Positions 1 through 9,192 of a stretch of DNA of 64,000 bases are shown here, one piece after another. This stretch comes from Candidatus Calescibacterium sp. GTDB taxonomy: Bacteria; Calescibacteriota; Calescibacteriia; Calescibacteriales; Calescibacteriaceae. The DNA lies in NCBI GenBank assembly GCA_025060505.1, contig JANXBU010000003.1, forward strand, positions 138,001 through 202,000. Direction: 5' to 3'. Numbering within the stretch: position 1 is the stretch's first letter; every line of letters starts with the position of its first letter. The position numbers and the translations under genes were made by a program. The notes below the pieces were generated by a model, which did no database searches, was not told the origin of the DNA, and saw only the letters and a list, made by a program, of their open reading frames with translations.

Positions 1-1566
1 AAAATTCAGAACGGGGACGGAAGCTGGATGAAGTGTTCGGTAAAGATAGCAGATCAGGATACATACTATGGTATCTGGAAAGTTGAGGTAGGTAGAACTA
101 ATCTCTATCTTATAGATACAGATGTTGAGGAAAATAGTCCTTCATCAAGGAGAATTTCATATCAGCTTTATGATAAAGATAAAGATATAAGACTCAGACA
201 GAAGATACTTTTGGGTTTTGGAGCAGTTGAGCTTCTTGATAAGCTAAAAATTGATCCGCTTGGTTTTCATATAAATGAGGATTATCCTGTTTTTATTCTT
301 GTAGCTTATCTTGTCAAGAAAATAAAGGAAGGTCTGAGTTTCGAGGAAGCTCTTTTTGATGTTTCAAGGAAATCTCTTTTCACCACACACACACCGTTGA
401 GAGCTGGTGTGAATATATACCCTGAGGATTTAGTAAGAAAATACCTTTCTTTCTTGGATAAAGAGCTGGGTTTTGGTTTTTCTCAAAGAATAATAGATTT
501 GGCGAGAAACCCACAGGCTCCGGATGAGGGTTTTAATGCCACTGTTCTTGCTATTCGTCTTTCAAATTATATAAATGCTGTCAGTAGAGTTCATAGGGAA
601 GTCTCTTCAAAGATCTGGGCATTTGTTTCAAGGGAAAATAAATACATCGATTATGTTACGAATGGGGTTCATCTGCCAACATGGATGTGTGATAAATTAA
701 GGGGACTTCTTGATAGATACCTTGGTGAGGAGTGGATTGAAGTTTATGACAGACCTTCTGTTTTTGATCTGATTGACTATATTTCGGATAAAGAAATCTG
801 GGATATTCATATGGAGAACAAGCGCAGGTTAATAGAGCATATTATAGATAGAGCTCGTGTCAAGTGGATGAATGAAAAAGTAGATGCCTCATCAATTATG
901 GCTCAGGGAGTTCTTCTTGATCCGAACTTTCTGACAATAGGATTTGCAAGAAGGATGACAGGATACAAAAGAGCAGATCTGATTTTATATGATCTTGAAA
1001 GGTTGAAGAAGATATTGCTTGATCCAGTGAGGCCTGTTCAGATAATATTTGCTGGTAAATCTCATCCAGAAGATATAGAAGGTAAAAGAATTATTCAGAA
1101 GATTTTCAATATATGTAAAAATCCGGATTTTGGTGGGAGGATAGCTTTTGTTGAAGATTACGATGAGAGACTTGCTCAATTCCTTGTTAAAGGAGTAGAT
1201 GTTTGGCTAAACAATCCGATACCTTACCTTGAAGCCTGTGGAACAAGTGGGATGAAGGCTTCCTTAAACGGAATTCTGCATCTATCTATACTTGATGGTT
1301 GGTGGGTTGAAGGTTTCAATGGAAGGAATGGCTGGGCTTTTGGAGACGAGATTTACGATGAAGATAGAACTAAAAAAGATGCGGAATCAATATACAAAAT
1401 ACTTGAAGAAGAGGTTGTTCCTTTGTACTACCAGAGAAATGAAGAGGGAATTCCTGTTAATTGGTGTAAGAAGATGCGTGAGGCTATAAAGTCTGTTGCA
1501 CCAAGTTTCTGTGCAAGAAGAATGTTCAAAGACTATATTTCCAAATTCTACTCAAAGTTCAAATAG
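1..1566 (+). CDS. glgP: alpha-glucan phosphorylase (GT35 family); 5' end lies outside the window
   Basis: Frame 1 is open from nt 1 (KIQNGDGSW precedes the tracked Met at 28). Carries FTTHTPLRAG and the PLP-lysine signature EACGTSGMKASLNG. Stop at 1564-1566. Confidence 0.85.
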   Translation, partial: KIQNGDGSWMKCSVKIADQDTYYGIWKVEVGRTNLYLIDTDVEENSPSSRRISYQLYDKDKDIRLRQKILLGFGAVELLDKLKIDPLGFHINEDYPVFILVAYLVKKIKEGLSFEEALFDVSRKSLFTTHTPLRAGVNIYPEDLVRKYLSFLDKELGFGFSQRIIDLARNPQAPDEGFNATVLAIRLSNYINAVSRVHREVSSKIWAFVSRENKYIDYVTNGVHLPTWMCDKLRGLLDRYLGEEWIEVYDRPSVFDLIDYISDKEIWDIHMENKRRLIEHIIDRARVKWMNEKVDASSIMAQGVLLDPNFLTIGFARRMTGYKRADLILYDLERLKKILLDPVRPVQIIFAGKSHPEDIEGKRIIQKIFNICKNPDFGGRIAFVEDYDERLAQFLVKGVDVWLNNPIPYLEACGTSGMKASLNGILHLSILDGWWVEGFNGRNGWAFGDEIYDEDRTKKDAESIYKILEEEVVPLYYQRNEEGIPVNWCKKMREAIKSVAPSFCARRMFKDYISKFYSKFK

Positions 1567-1744
1567 TGAGTTTAGAAGATATTTTGAGCAAGTTAGAATA
1601 AATTTTTGAAGTCCAGAATATAATTCAAAAGATCAGAACAAAGCTTCCAAAGTTGTTTTGGATTGCGGAATCTGAGTTAGCTCTCTCCGGAAAAAATGTA
1701 TAAAAATTCTCTGAAAGATAAAAATGTCCAGTATGTCAGGAAAA

Positions 1745-2218
1745 ATATTTTCCCTGAAAATATGATAAAGAATTATTAACGAGTCAACTGAAAGCATGTA
1801 AGAAATTCCTGATAGCAGTGTGCATATTGTATTAGTGTTTCCACTGCAGTTTGGGGGAGCTGGTGTCCTCCAAAAAATCAGGTTTTAAGAGATCAGCATG
1901 AATGTATTCCTATTCTCAAAAGATAAATTTAGTCTTGAAAATCTGTATAATAGAGAAGTAAATTTGAAAAAAGAGGAGTTTCTTGAACTCACAAAAAGAG
2001 TATGTTTTTTTCGTCTGAAATTAAAGGTTGGACATCCGTGTCATTTTCCTATTGAGTTTCCTTATAGACTATAAATCTTTATATATATTGAGATAAAGGT
2101 AGTTCTTGATCCATTTATGGGAAGTGGAATAACTGATATTGCATCTATAATGAGCCATAGATTTTATCTCGGATATGAGATAAATGAAAATACGTTAGGA
2201 TTTCTGAGAAGAGAATAA
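1745..2218 (+). pseudogene. decayed beta-class N4/N6 DNA methyltransferase (motif IV before motif I); boundaries approximate
   Basis: IPDSSVHIVLVFPLQ (1805-) is a degraded IPDxSVDLIvTSPPY. HPCHFPIEFPYRL is followed by an in-frame TAA at 2072-2074. Then VVLDPFMGSGITDIASIMSHRFYLGYEINE (motif I, 2102-2218). Several stops and frame breaks in between; no ORF of 60 aa or more in the track. Confidence 0.75.
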
Positions 2219-2414
2219 AGGATTTCTGTCTGAGTTACAAGTTCAAACTATTCTTGGTTGAATACGTATGTCTTGATTTGTCATAATCATATCTGTAAGA
2301 TATTTTCATCGGAAGATTATGCTTTCCGCAGAAATTTTATTCGTGTAATTTTTTAGTAATTTGGGTTTATTTGAAAATCTGTTGTTTTTGTATTAATATA
2401 TAATTTCCTAAAAA

Positions 2415-3620
2415 GTGTTAGAAGGACTTTATATCCTTATATCTCTTACTTTGTTTTTGGTCTTCGCGTCAGCCTTTCTTTCCGCCTCGGAGGTAGTGTA
2501 TTCTGCGTCAAGGGATGACCTTCTAAAGAATATATCAAAGAACGATGTAATATATGATATAATTCAACATCCAGAAAAATTTTTCTCAGTCATTCTCATT
2601 CTTGATAATTTTTCAAACATAGTTGTAACTGCTCTAATAACATACAAAACTATGGAGATTTTCGGTGGCTGGGCTGTTCCAATTTCAACGATACTGATTT
2701 CTGCTGTTGTCATATTGTTCGGAGAAATATTCCCAAAGACTCTTGCTGTGAGGTACAGGGGTGAGCTTTCAAGGTTTATACTTGTTGTTTCTGCCTATCT
2801 CGTAAAGATTTTAGGATTATTTTCATCTCCTATCTCAAAATTATTCAGTAAGGTTGCTGAGGAAGAAATCAGAAGACAATCTTATTACAGCTATGTACTT
2901 CCTGAGCAGGCCAAGATGGTTCAGGGAATAATGAGGCTAAAGGAACTAGAGCTTAGAGATATTCTTGTTCCGAGGCATTTGGCTGTTGTTCTTGATGCGG
3001 AAATGAATATATCTGAAGTTATTTCAATAATAGAGAAAACAAAACACACGAGGTATCCAGTAATTCATGAGGGTAGAGTGATAGGCATACTTCTTTCAAA
3101 AAATCTGTTATGTAATCTATACGGATTTATCGTTGCAAGGGATGGGAGTGTCAAGCTGAAAGATATAATTGAATCGAATCCGGAAGTTATGAAACCAGCA
3201 AAATTTGCTTCACCGAGCAAGTCCCTGCTTGAACAACTTATTGATTTCAAAAAATGGAGAACTCATATGGTATGTGTTATTGATGATTTTGGCGAGTTTT
3301 TGGGAATTGTCACACTTGAAGATATAATGGAGGAGATAACAGGAGATCTATACGATGAATTTATTGTTCCTACAAAAAATTTCTGGAAGGAAAACGAATA
3401 TATATATGCAAGAGGTTCTACTCCTATAAGAGATATAAACAGAGAGTTTGAAACGAATATGGACGAAAGGTTTGAAACAATTGCTTCAACTATTATCTCT
3501 GTTCTCGGAAGAATTCCGGAAAAAGGCGAGAAAGTAAATTTTGATGGCTGGGAAATAGAATTACTTGATACTTCAAAAAACAAAATAAATCTGGTAAGAA
3601 TGAAAAAAATACTGCTATGA
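2415..3620 (+). CDS. CNNM/TlyC-family membrane protein (DUF21 TM domain + CBS pair + CorC_HlyC)
   Basis: N-terminal TM helices with FGEIFPKTLA, then RDILVPR, HTRYPV and VIDDFGEFLGIVTLEDIMEEITGD. GTG start. Confidence 0.8.
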   Translation: MLEGLYILISLTLFLVFASAFLSASEVVYSASRDDLLKNISKNDVIYDIIQHPEKFFSVILILDNFSNIVVTALITYKTMEIFGGWAVPISTILISAVVILFGEIFPKTLAVRYRGELSRFILVVSAYLVKILGLFSSPISKLFSKVAEEEIRRQSYYSYVLPEQAKMVQGIMRLKELELRDILVPRHLAVVLDAEMNISEVISIIEKTKHTRYPVIHEGRVIGILLSKNLLCNLYGFIVARDGSVKLKDIIESNPEVMKPAKFASPSKSLLEQLIDFKKWRTHMVCVIDDFGEFLGIVTLEDIMEEITGDLYDEFIVPTKNFWKENEYIYARGSTPIRDINREFETNMDERFETIASTIISVLGRIPEKGEKVNFDGWEIELLDTSKNKINLVRMKKILL

Positions 3621-3835
3621 AGTTCTTTCACATTGTTTTTGATAAAAAAGGCTATGAACTCATGAAAAAATTTCTGGAAAATAATAAGGAATTGTATCAT
3701 ATTGTAATGGCAACATCTCAATCACTTTATCAGCAGATTAAAAAAGAAATCTCTCCGATAAATGTTGAAGTGATATTCGATTTTGATACTGGTGCTGAAA
3801 AAATGCTTTCAGCTGATAAAGTTGTAGTTTGGTAA
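3617..3835 (+). CDS. hypothetical small protein (72 aa)
   Basis: ATGA overlap with the stop of the preceding gene suggests coupling. No recognisable motif. Confidence 0.35.
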   Translation: MKFFHIVFDKKGYELMKKFLENNKELYHIVMATSQSLYQQIKKEISPINVEVIFDFDTGAEKMLSADKVVVW

Positions 3836-3993
3836 TTTTGTTATTCTGCTTTTGGTGATTTTGTTACACTGTGGTTTTTAGGTCTGAAGATGTGCTGCTT
3901 TCGTTAAGACAGCTTCTAAATTATCAGATCTCTCAAAAACATAGGAAACCAAAAGTAAATTAATTTTGAATTTCCAGCAAAAAATTTGATTTT

Positions 3994-5424
3994 ATGGGTG
4001 CGAAGGTTTTACAACTACTTGGAACAGAATCTGATTCCGGAAAGACACAGATTCTTTCTGGATTAATAAGTATTTTTAGAGAGCATAGACCGTTTCCTTT
4101 CAAGGCTCAAAATATGTCTTTGAACTCCTATGTGAGTTCTGATAATGGTGAAATGGCTTTTGCACAGGCGTATCAGTCTATGGTTGCGGGTATTGAGCCG
4201 GTTTCTATTTCGAATCCAGTTTTGTTGAAACCTGTTGCCAGAAGTAGAACAGAAGTTATATTCTTGGGAAAAAGTTCCGGAATATTTGATGCCAAAAACT
4301 ACTGGTTTGAGATAAAGCCAGATCTCAAGGAAAGGGTTTTTTCAATTTTTGGTGATCTCGTTGCCCAAAAAGATTTGGTTTTTGTGGAGGGAGCTGGTAG
4401 TTGCTCTGAAGTAAATCTCAGGAAGAACGATTTTTCTAACTTATCCTTGGCTCGCAAATTTAATATACCATTCATACTTATAACAGATATAGAAAGGGGA
4501 GGAGTTTTTGCGAAGTTGATCGGAAGCTATGAGCTTATGACAAAGAAAGAGAGAGAACTTTTCTTGGGAATAATTATAAACAAAATGTCAGGTGATCCAG
4601 AAATTCTTAGAGAAGGTATAAAGTTCATACAAAAGAAAACCGGGAAAAAAGTTATAGGAGTTGTGCCTTATGATTTCAGTATAACTCTACCGGAGGAAGA
4701 TTCTATGGGGTTTTATAGGATCAAGAATCTTGAAAAGAGAAGAACTCAGAAAAAGGGAGTTTCTATAAAAGTTATTATGACAAGGTACATTTCAAATTTT
4801 TTTGATTTTTACCCGCTTGAAATTGATTCAAAATATAACGATCAGATAAATTTCTCTTTTGCGAGGTTTCCGGAGGAAATAGATGGGGCAGATGTAGTAA
4901 TACTTGCTGGTTCAAGAAATGTTTTCTACGATATTTACTTTCTTAGAGAATCAGGATTTTATGATAAGATAGTACAGGCTGTTAATAAAGGAAAATTTTT
5001 AATTGGTATATGTGGGGGATATGAGATGATGTTTGAAAAAATTCAAGATATATATGGAATTGAATCAAATGGTGAAACGGAGGGTTTTGGATTTTTCAAG
5101 GGAACCATAAGTTTTGAGAAAAACAAAAAGATTTTTTGGGAAAAGATCCATATTGATTCTCCTTGGTTTTCAGGGGAGATCAAAGGTTTTAATATAAGGC
5201 ATGGAACAGGAGAGTGGAATTTTCTTTCAAGAGATAATATTTTTGGAACATTTTTACATGGTATATTCTGGAATGATGTTTTCAGGGAAGGTTTATATAA
5301 TTATTTCGGAGTGGATTATACAAACAAATTTCCTCAGATGTTTGATATAGAGATCAAAAGGTGGAGTAATTTGATTTCAAACAATGTTGATATTGATTTT
5401 ATAAGAAAGGAGATTGGCTTGTAG
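3994..5424 (+). CDS. cobQ: cobyric acid synthase
   Basis: N-terminal GTESDSGKT nucleotide loop and EGAGS. C-terminal GATase-3 domain with ICGGYEMM and FLHGIF. Confidence 0.85.
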   Translation: MGAKVLQLLGTESDSGKTQILSGLISIFREHRPFPFKAQNMSLNSYVSSDNGEMAFAQAYQSMVAGIEPVSISNPVLLKPVARSRTEVIFLGKSSGIFDAKNYWFEIKPDLKERVFSIFGDLVAQKDLVFVEGAGSCSEVNLRKNDFSNLSLARKFNIPFILITDIERGGVFAKLIGSYELMTKKERELFLGIIINKMSGDPEILREGIKFIQKKTGKKVIGVVPYDFSITLPEEDSMGFYRIKNLEKRRTQKKGVSIKVIMTRYISNFFDFYPLEIDSKYNDQINFSFARFPEEIDGADVVILAGSRNVFYDIYFLRESGFYDKIVQAVNKGKFLIGICGGYEMMFEKIQDIYGIESNGETEGFGFFKGTISFEKNKKIFWEKIHIDSPWFSGEIKGFNIRHGTGEWNFLSRDNIFGTFLHGIFWNDVFREGLYNYFGVDYTNKFPQMFDIEIKRWSNLISNNVDIDFIRKEIGL

Positions 5425-5775
5425 AACTTGATCAATTCGGAACATTTTTCTTAATTATCGTTTTGGTTATGTCTTGAGCAATCTTGATTTGTTTTTCGGG
5501 GGATTTATGAAAACATGAAAATATGGTTCTACACTCTGTTACAAACATCAGGTAATTTTCAAAGATATTATATCATTCAAAAGCTAATTCAGGATGGGTT
5601 TATATACGGGATAATAAATTACTATAAAATACATTACTACGATGCGATATATTTGCACTATTTTAAAATCTGTCTTTTTACTCTGTTGAGAAGGTGTAGT
5701 ATTATCAGAGAGGAATATTAGATATATAATACAATATAACTCTGTGATTACAGAGATCTAATTTTTCTTGCGGAT

Positions 5776-6963
5776 TTAGTATGATCTTGGAAGACCGAGT
5801 ATGTGCTCTGCTGTAAGGTTCAGTATCATTTCGTTTGATAGCGGTGCTGTTTTGAGAAGTCTTGCAGATTCCATAAGTAATATCAGATGATTGTCTTCGA
5901 GAAAACCTGCTCCTCCGAGGGTTTGTATTGCTCTATCAACGGCGGACATAAAAAGTTCGGCTGCAAGATATTTTGAAGAATTAGCGAGGAACATGACTTC
6001 CTGAGGAGGAACTTCGTTATCATAAGCCCAAGCTGCTTTGTATACTATAAGTCTTGTTGATTCTTGTCTTATTTTTATATCTGCCAGTGGATGCTGAATT
6101 GCTTGATATGCACCTATTGGTTTTGTTCCAAATACGACTCTTTCTTTTGCGTAATCAATTGCTTTTCTCAGGCAGTATTCACTTAGTCCAACTGCTGATG
6201 CACCAGCGAGTATTCTTTCCGGGTTTAGTCCGTTGAATAAAACCCATACTCCCTGATCTTCTTGTCCTATTATGTTCTCTGCGGGGACTTCAACATTTTC
6301 AAAATTCACAACACACTGGTTCATTCCTTCTATTCCACGTGTGTTCATTTTGGTTATAGTTATGCCTTTTGATTTCAGATCAACCAGAAATACGGAGAGT
6401 CCAAACATTTTAGGTAATCCTTTTTTCTCTACTTCTTGGTAAGGTGTTGTTCTTGTTATGAGCATTATATAGTCTGCCACATCTGCACCTGTTATCCATA
6501 CCTTTTCGCCATTTATTACATAGTATCCATTTTTCTTTGAAGCTATGGTTTTTATTCTGAAAGTATTTGATCCGGCTTCTGCTTCGGTTACGCCAAGAGC
6601 ACATTTTATTTTTCCTTCAACGGTGGCTGATAGGAATCTTCTTTTAAGTTCTTCGCTTCCATTTCTTATAACACAAGATTGAGCACATATAGTTAGAATA
6701 AAAAGTGCGTTACCTATCGCGTTTTTCGCAAGCTCCTCTGTTATTATTGTTGCTCCAAGTAGCCCAAGACCGCTACCCCCATACTGAGTTGGGACTATTG
6801 CACCAAGAAGTCCAGCAGCTGTTAATTCATCCCATATTTCATAAACGAACTCTCTTTTCTTTATTTTCTCAAAAATATAGTTTCTTTTGCCTTCAAGATT
6901 TTTTCTTATTTTATCTGCTGTTTCTTTTACCATCTGAATTTCCGGCCCGATAGAGAAATCCAT
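5776..6963 (-). CDS. acyl-CoA dehydrogenase
   Basis: Full-length ACAD layout (395 aa): YGGSGLG, TEAEAGSN, WITGA, and a C-terminal helical domain with QTLGGAGF. Confidence 0.85.
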   Translation of the reverse strand: MDFSIGPEIQMVKETADKIRKNLEGKRNYIFEKIKKREFVYEIWDELTAAGLLGAIVPTQYGGSGLGLLGATIITEELAKNAIGNALFILTICAQSCVIRNGSEELKRRFLSATVEGKIKCALGVTEAEAGSNTFRIKTIASKKNGYYVINGEKVWITGADVADYIMLITRTTPYQEVEKKGLPKMFGLSVFLVDLKSKGITITKMNTRGIEGMNQCVVNFENVEVPAENIIGQEDQGVWVLFNGLNPERILAGASAVGLSEYCLRKAIDYAKERVVFGTKPIGAYQAIQHPLADIKIRQESTRLIVYKAAWAYDNEVPPQEVMFLANSSKYLAAELFMSAVDRAIQTLGGAGFLEDNHLILLMESARLLKTAPLSNEMILNLTAEHILGLPRSY

Positions 6964-7139
6964 TTTTTTACCTCCTTTTATATAAATCTTATTGAATAAA
7001 GTTGTCGGATAAAAAACTCAAAAAAATTGAACAATTGTTCGAAAAAAGTTTTCTTCCAAGACTGTGTTTATCAAAATGGAAAAAAGTTTGAAATTTGAAA
7101 AAGTACTGCAATGCAAAAATTGAATTAAATTTGTAATAG

Positions 7140-7346
7140 ATGAAATTTGTATATAATTTATTTGAATATCTTATTGGTCATTTAGATTTTTTTGCTTGTC
7201 CGTACTGTGCAGCTGATAATGCTGCCAGAAGTAATTCATCTATAACAGAGACTATTTTAACTGGTGCAGGTGTTCTTGTTCTTTTTCTATTTGCGGGAGG
7301 TTTTATTCTCTTCTATACTGTTGGTATGGTAAGAAAAAAATCTTGA
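7140..7346 (+). CDS. hypothetical 68-aa protein with a single C-terminal TM helix and basic tail
   Basis: ORF only. CPYC pair, then GAGVLVLFLFAGGFILFYTVGMV-RKKS. No obvious SD. Confidence 0.3.
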   Translation: MKFVYNLFEYLIGHLDFFACPYCAADNAARSNSSITETILTGAGVLVLFLFAGGFILFYTVGMVRKKS

Positions 7347-7446
7347 TATAAGAAAAAATAGATGTATGTGTTATATTTGTGTTATGTAAAGTTTTTCTTG
7401 ATTAACATACTAATAACTCTTTTCAGATGATTATAATTTACTTTAT

Positions 7447-9192
7447 ATGAAATATATTCAGTATTTTTCCTTACCTTTTGCAAGATTTTTATCAAAATCT
7501 CTCGCTATTCTTCTGTTTGGTATAATATCTCCGGATAATTTTATTTATGTTCTTTACCTTTTCATCTTGTTTTTAATTGAGGGTTTCCTGATGCTAAGGT
7601 TCAGGATGCAGTGGGGGGTTGTACTTATTATTTTGTTTTCTTCTATATTCTCATATTTAGTTCCATTGTCTGTGAAAACTTTTTCTATTTTTATTGTTTT
7701 CTTAGCGTCTGATATACCTTCTGTTTTAGCTTACTTTAACAGAGTGGTATTTGTTGCAGTTTTAACTCCGGGTTTTTTATTCTTCTTTCTAAATCTTCCT
7801 TCAGTACTTTTCACTATGGATGTTGTAAGCGGGAAGATCAAACCTTATCCTGATACTGATGAAAGGATCGATTTTATAAAACTTGATAAATTAGGTGATC
7901 CAACAGATCTTGGTAAAATAACTTTTCAGGATTCGGAGTTTATTGCAAAGTTTGCATACGGTAAAGATTTCTTTATGTTCAGGGCCGTTCCTATTGATGA
8001 TACAAACATTGTAGTTATATCTATACTATCTGCTATTTCGGTTTTTTTTCTGGGAATATATATTTCTCGTTATATAGCGGAAAGGAAAAAAGTAAAAGCA
8101 GAGTTTCAGAAAAATTTTGGTATTTCTCAGGAGAGAATTTCAGATTTTGGAGATATAGATAGTAAATCAGCTTATGTTGATTATCTCAGGGAATCTCTCA
8201 TAAGAGTAAGAGAAAATTTGAAGAAGGAAATAGATGAAATAGAGAAATATGAGAAAATTTTTTCTAAATTTGGATCATCGAAGACAAAGATAGTTGATCA
8301 TTCTGAAAGATATGTATCGGAGATAAATAATTTTTTTAGGGAAGCTCTTAACAAAATAAGAATTAAGAGAGATTATTCAAACTTGCCGTACAAAATTTTG
8401 GAAGTCATATCTTTACTCGAAGATATTCTGTTGCTTTCAAAGACAATTCTATTTAATATTTCTAGTTTTAAAGAGAGAATTGTTTACTATGACAGAACTA
8501 TATCTCAGAACTTTCGTGAATTTGAAAATTTTTTCCATGAAATTTTTTCTCCTCTTGGAGGTATAGAGAATCAGGTATTATCTTTGAAATCTTTTATAGG
8601 CGGTAAAGTTTCAGATCATTATGATGAGATCTTTAAAAAGTGCGATGAAGTTATACTAAATCTCAGGGATTTTTTGAAAAATCTTGGTGAAATATATGAA
8701 AGTTTTCATATACTGCACCTGAATTCACAGGTTAGAGCCCATAAGATAAGAGATAAGGTCCCAAGTTTTGAGGTTGTCCCACATGCTATATATATGATGC
8801 TTGATAAAATGAAAGAACTTATGTCAAACATAGAATCTGAACTAAATTCGTTCGAAGCCTTGGTTCAGGAACTTAAAAAACCTTATATGGAAGCCTCTTC
8901 CTTGAATTTCAATGAAGTTTCATTGGCTATATCTGATGTGAAGTCTTCTTTGGAAAATATAATTTCTTCTCTAAGTTCTATCAGATCTTCTTTTGTAAGC
9001 AATATCAAATCTACTGTTGCTGTTCTTATTGAGTTCGAGAATTCTATATTCGCTCTCTCTAATTTATTTTCTTCTATGCTTTATGAAATGAGGAGTATCT
9101 ACAACTCTGTTTCGTATGCTGTATCACAGGTATATTCCGAGAAGGAAAAAATTAGTAAGTATCTTACCAAAGTGGAGGAGGAAAGCACATGA
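7447..9192 (+). CDS. polytopic membrane protein with a long cytoplasmic coiled coil and a degenerate MCP-like signalling motif
   Basis: About 4 TM helices, a ~70-aa loop, a 5th TM helix, then ~370 aa of heptad-like sequence. ILHLNSQVRAHKIRDKVPSFEVV aligns without gaps to the MCP tip [23 protein letters not shown]. Confidence 0.6.
   Translation: MKYIQYFSLPFARFLSKSLAILLFGIISPDNFIYVLYLFILFLIEGFLMLRFRMQWGVVLIILFSSIFSYLVPLSVKTFSIFIVFLASDIPSVLAYFNRVVFVAVLTPGFLFFFLNLPSVLFTMDVVSGKIKPYPDTDERIDFIKLDKLGDPTDLGKITFQDSEFIAKFAYGKDFFMFRAVPIDDTNIVVISILSAISVFFLGIYISRYIAERKKVKAEFQKNFGISQERISDFGDIDSKSAYVDYLRESLIRVRENLKKEIDEIEKYEKIFSKFGSSKTKIVDHSERYVSEINNFFREALNKIRIKRDYSNLPYKILEVISLLEDILLLSKTILFNISSFKERIVYYDRTISQNFREFENFFHEIFSPLGGIENQVLSLKSFIGGKVSDHYDEIFKKCDEVILNLRDFLKNLGEIYESFHILHLNSQVRAHKIRDKVPSFEVVPHAIYMMLDKMKELMSNIESELNSFEALVQELKKPYMEASSLNFNEVSLAISDVKSSLENIISSLSSIRSSFVSNIKSTVAVLIEFENSIFALSNLFSSMLYEMRSIYNSVSYAVSQVYSEKEKISKYLTKVEEEST

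Noticed and set aside
3836-3993. Possible cobalamin riboswitch upstream of cobQ (the cbiA leader at 36627-36683 was checked too)
   Set aside because: No B12-box-like GCCACTG core or GC-rich multi-stem region is visible. The spacers are short and AT-rich. An Rfam scan would settle it.
5515-5721. 68-aa ORF in the cobQ/ACAD convergent spacer
   Set aside because: It has extreme Tyr/Ile/Phe composition, no SD and no motif, and it sits between two convergent gene ends. It is most likely non-coding.
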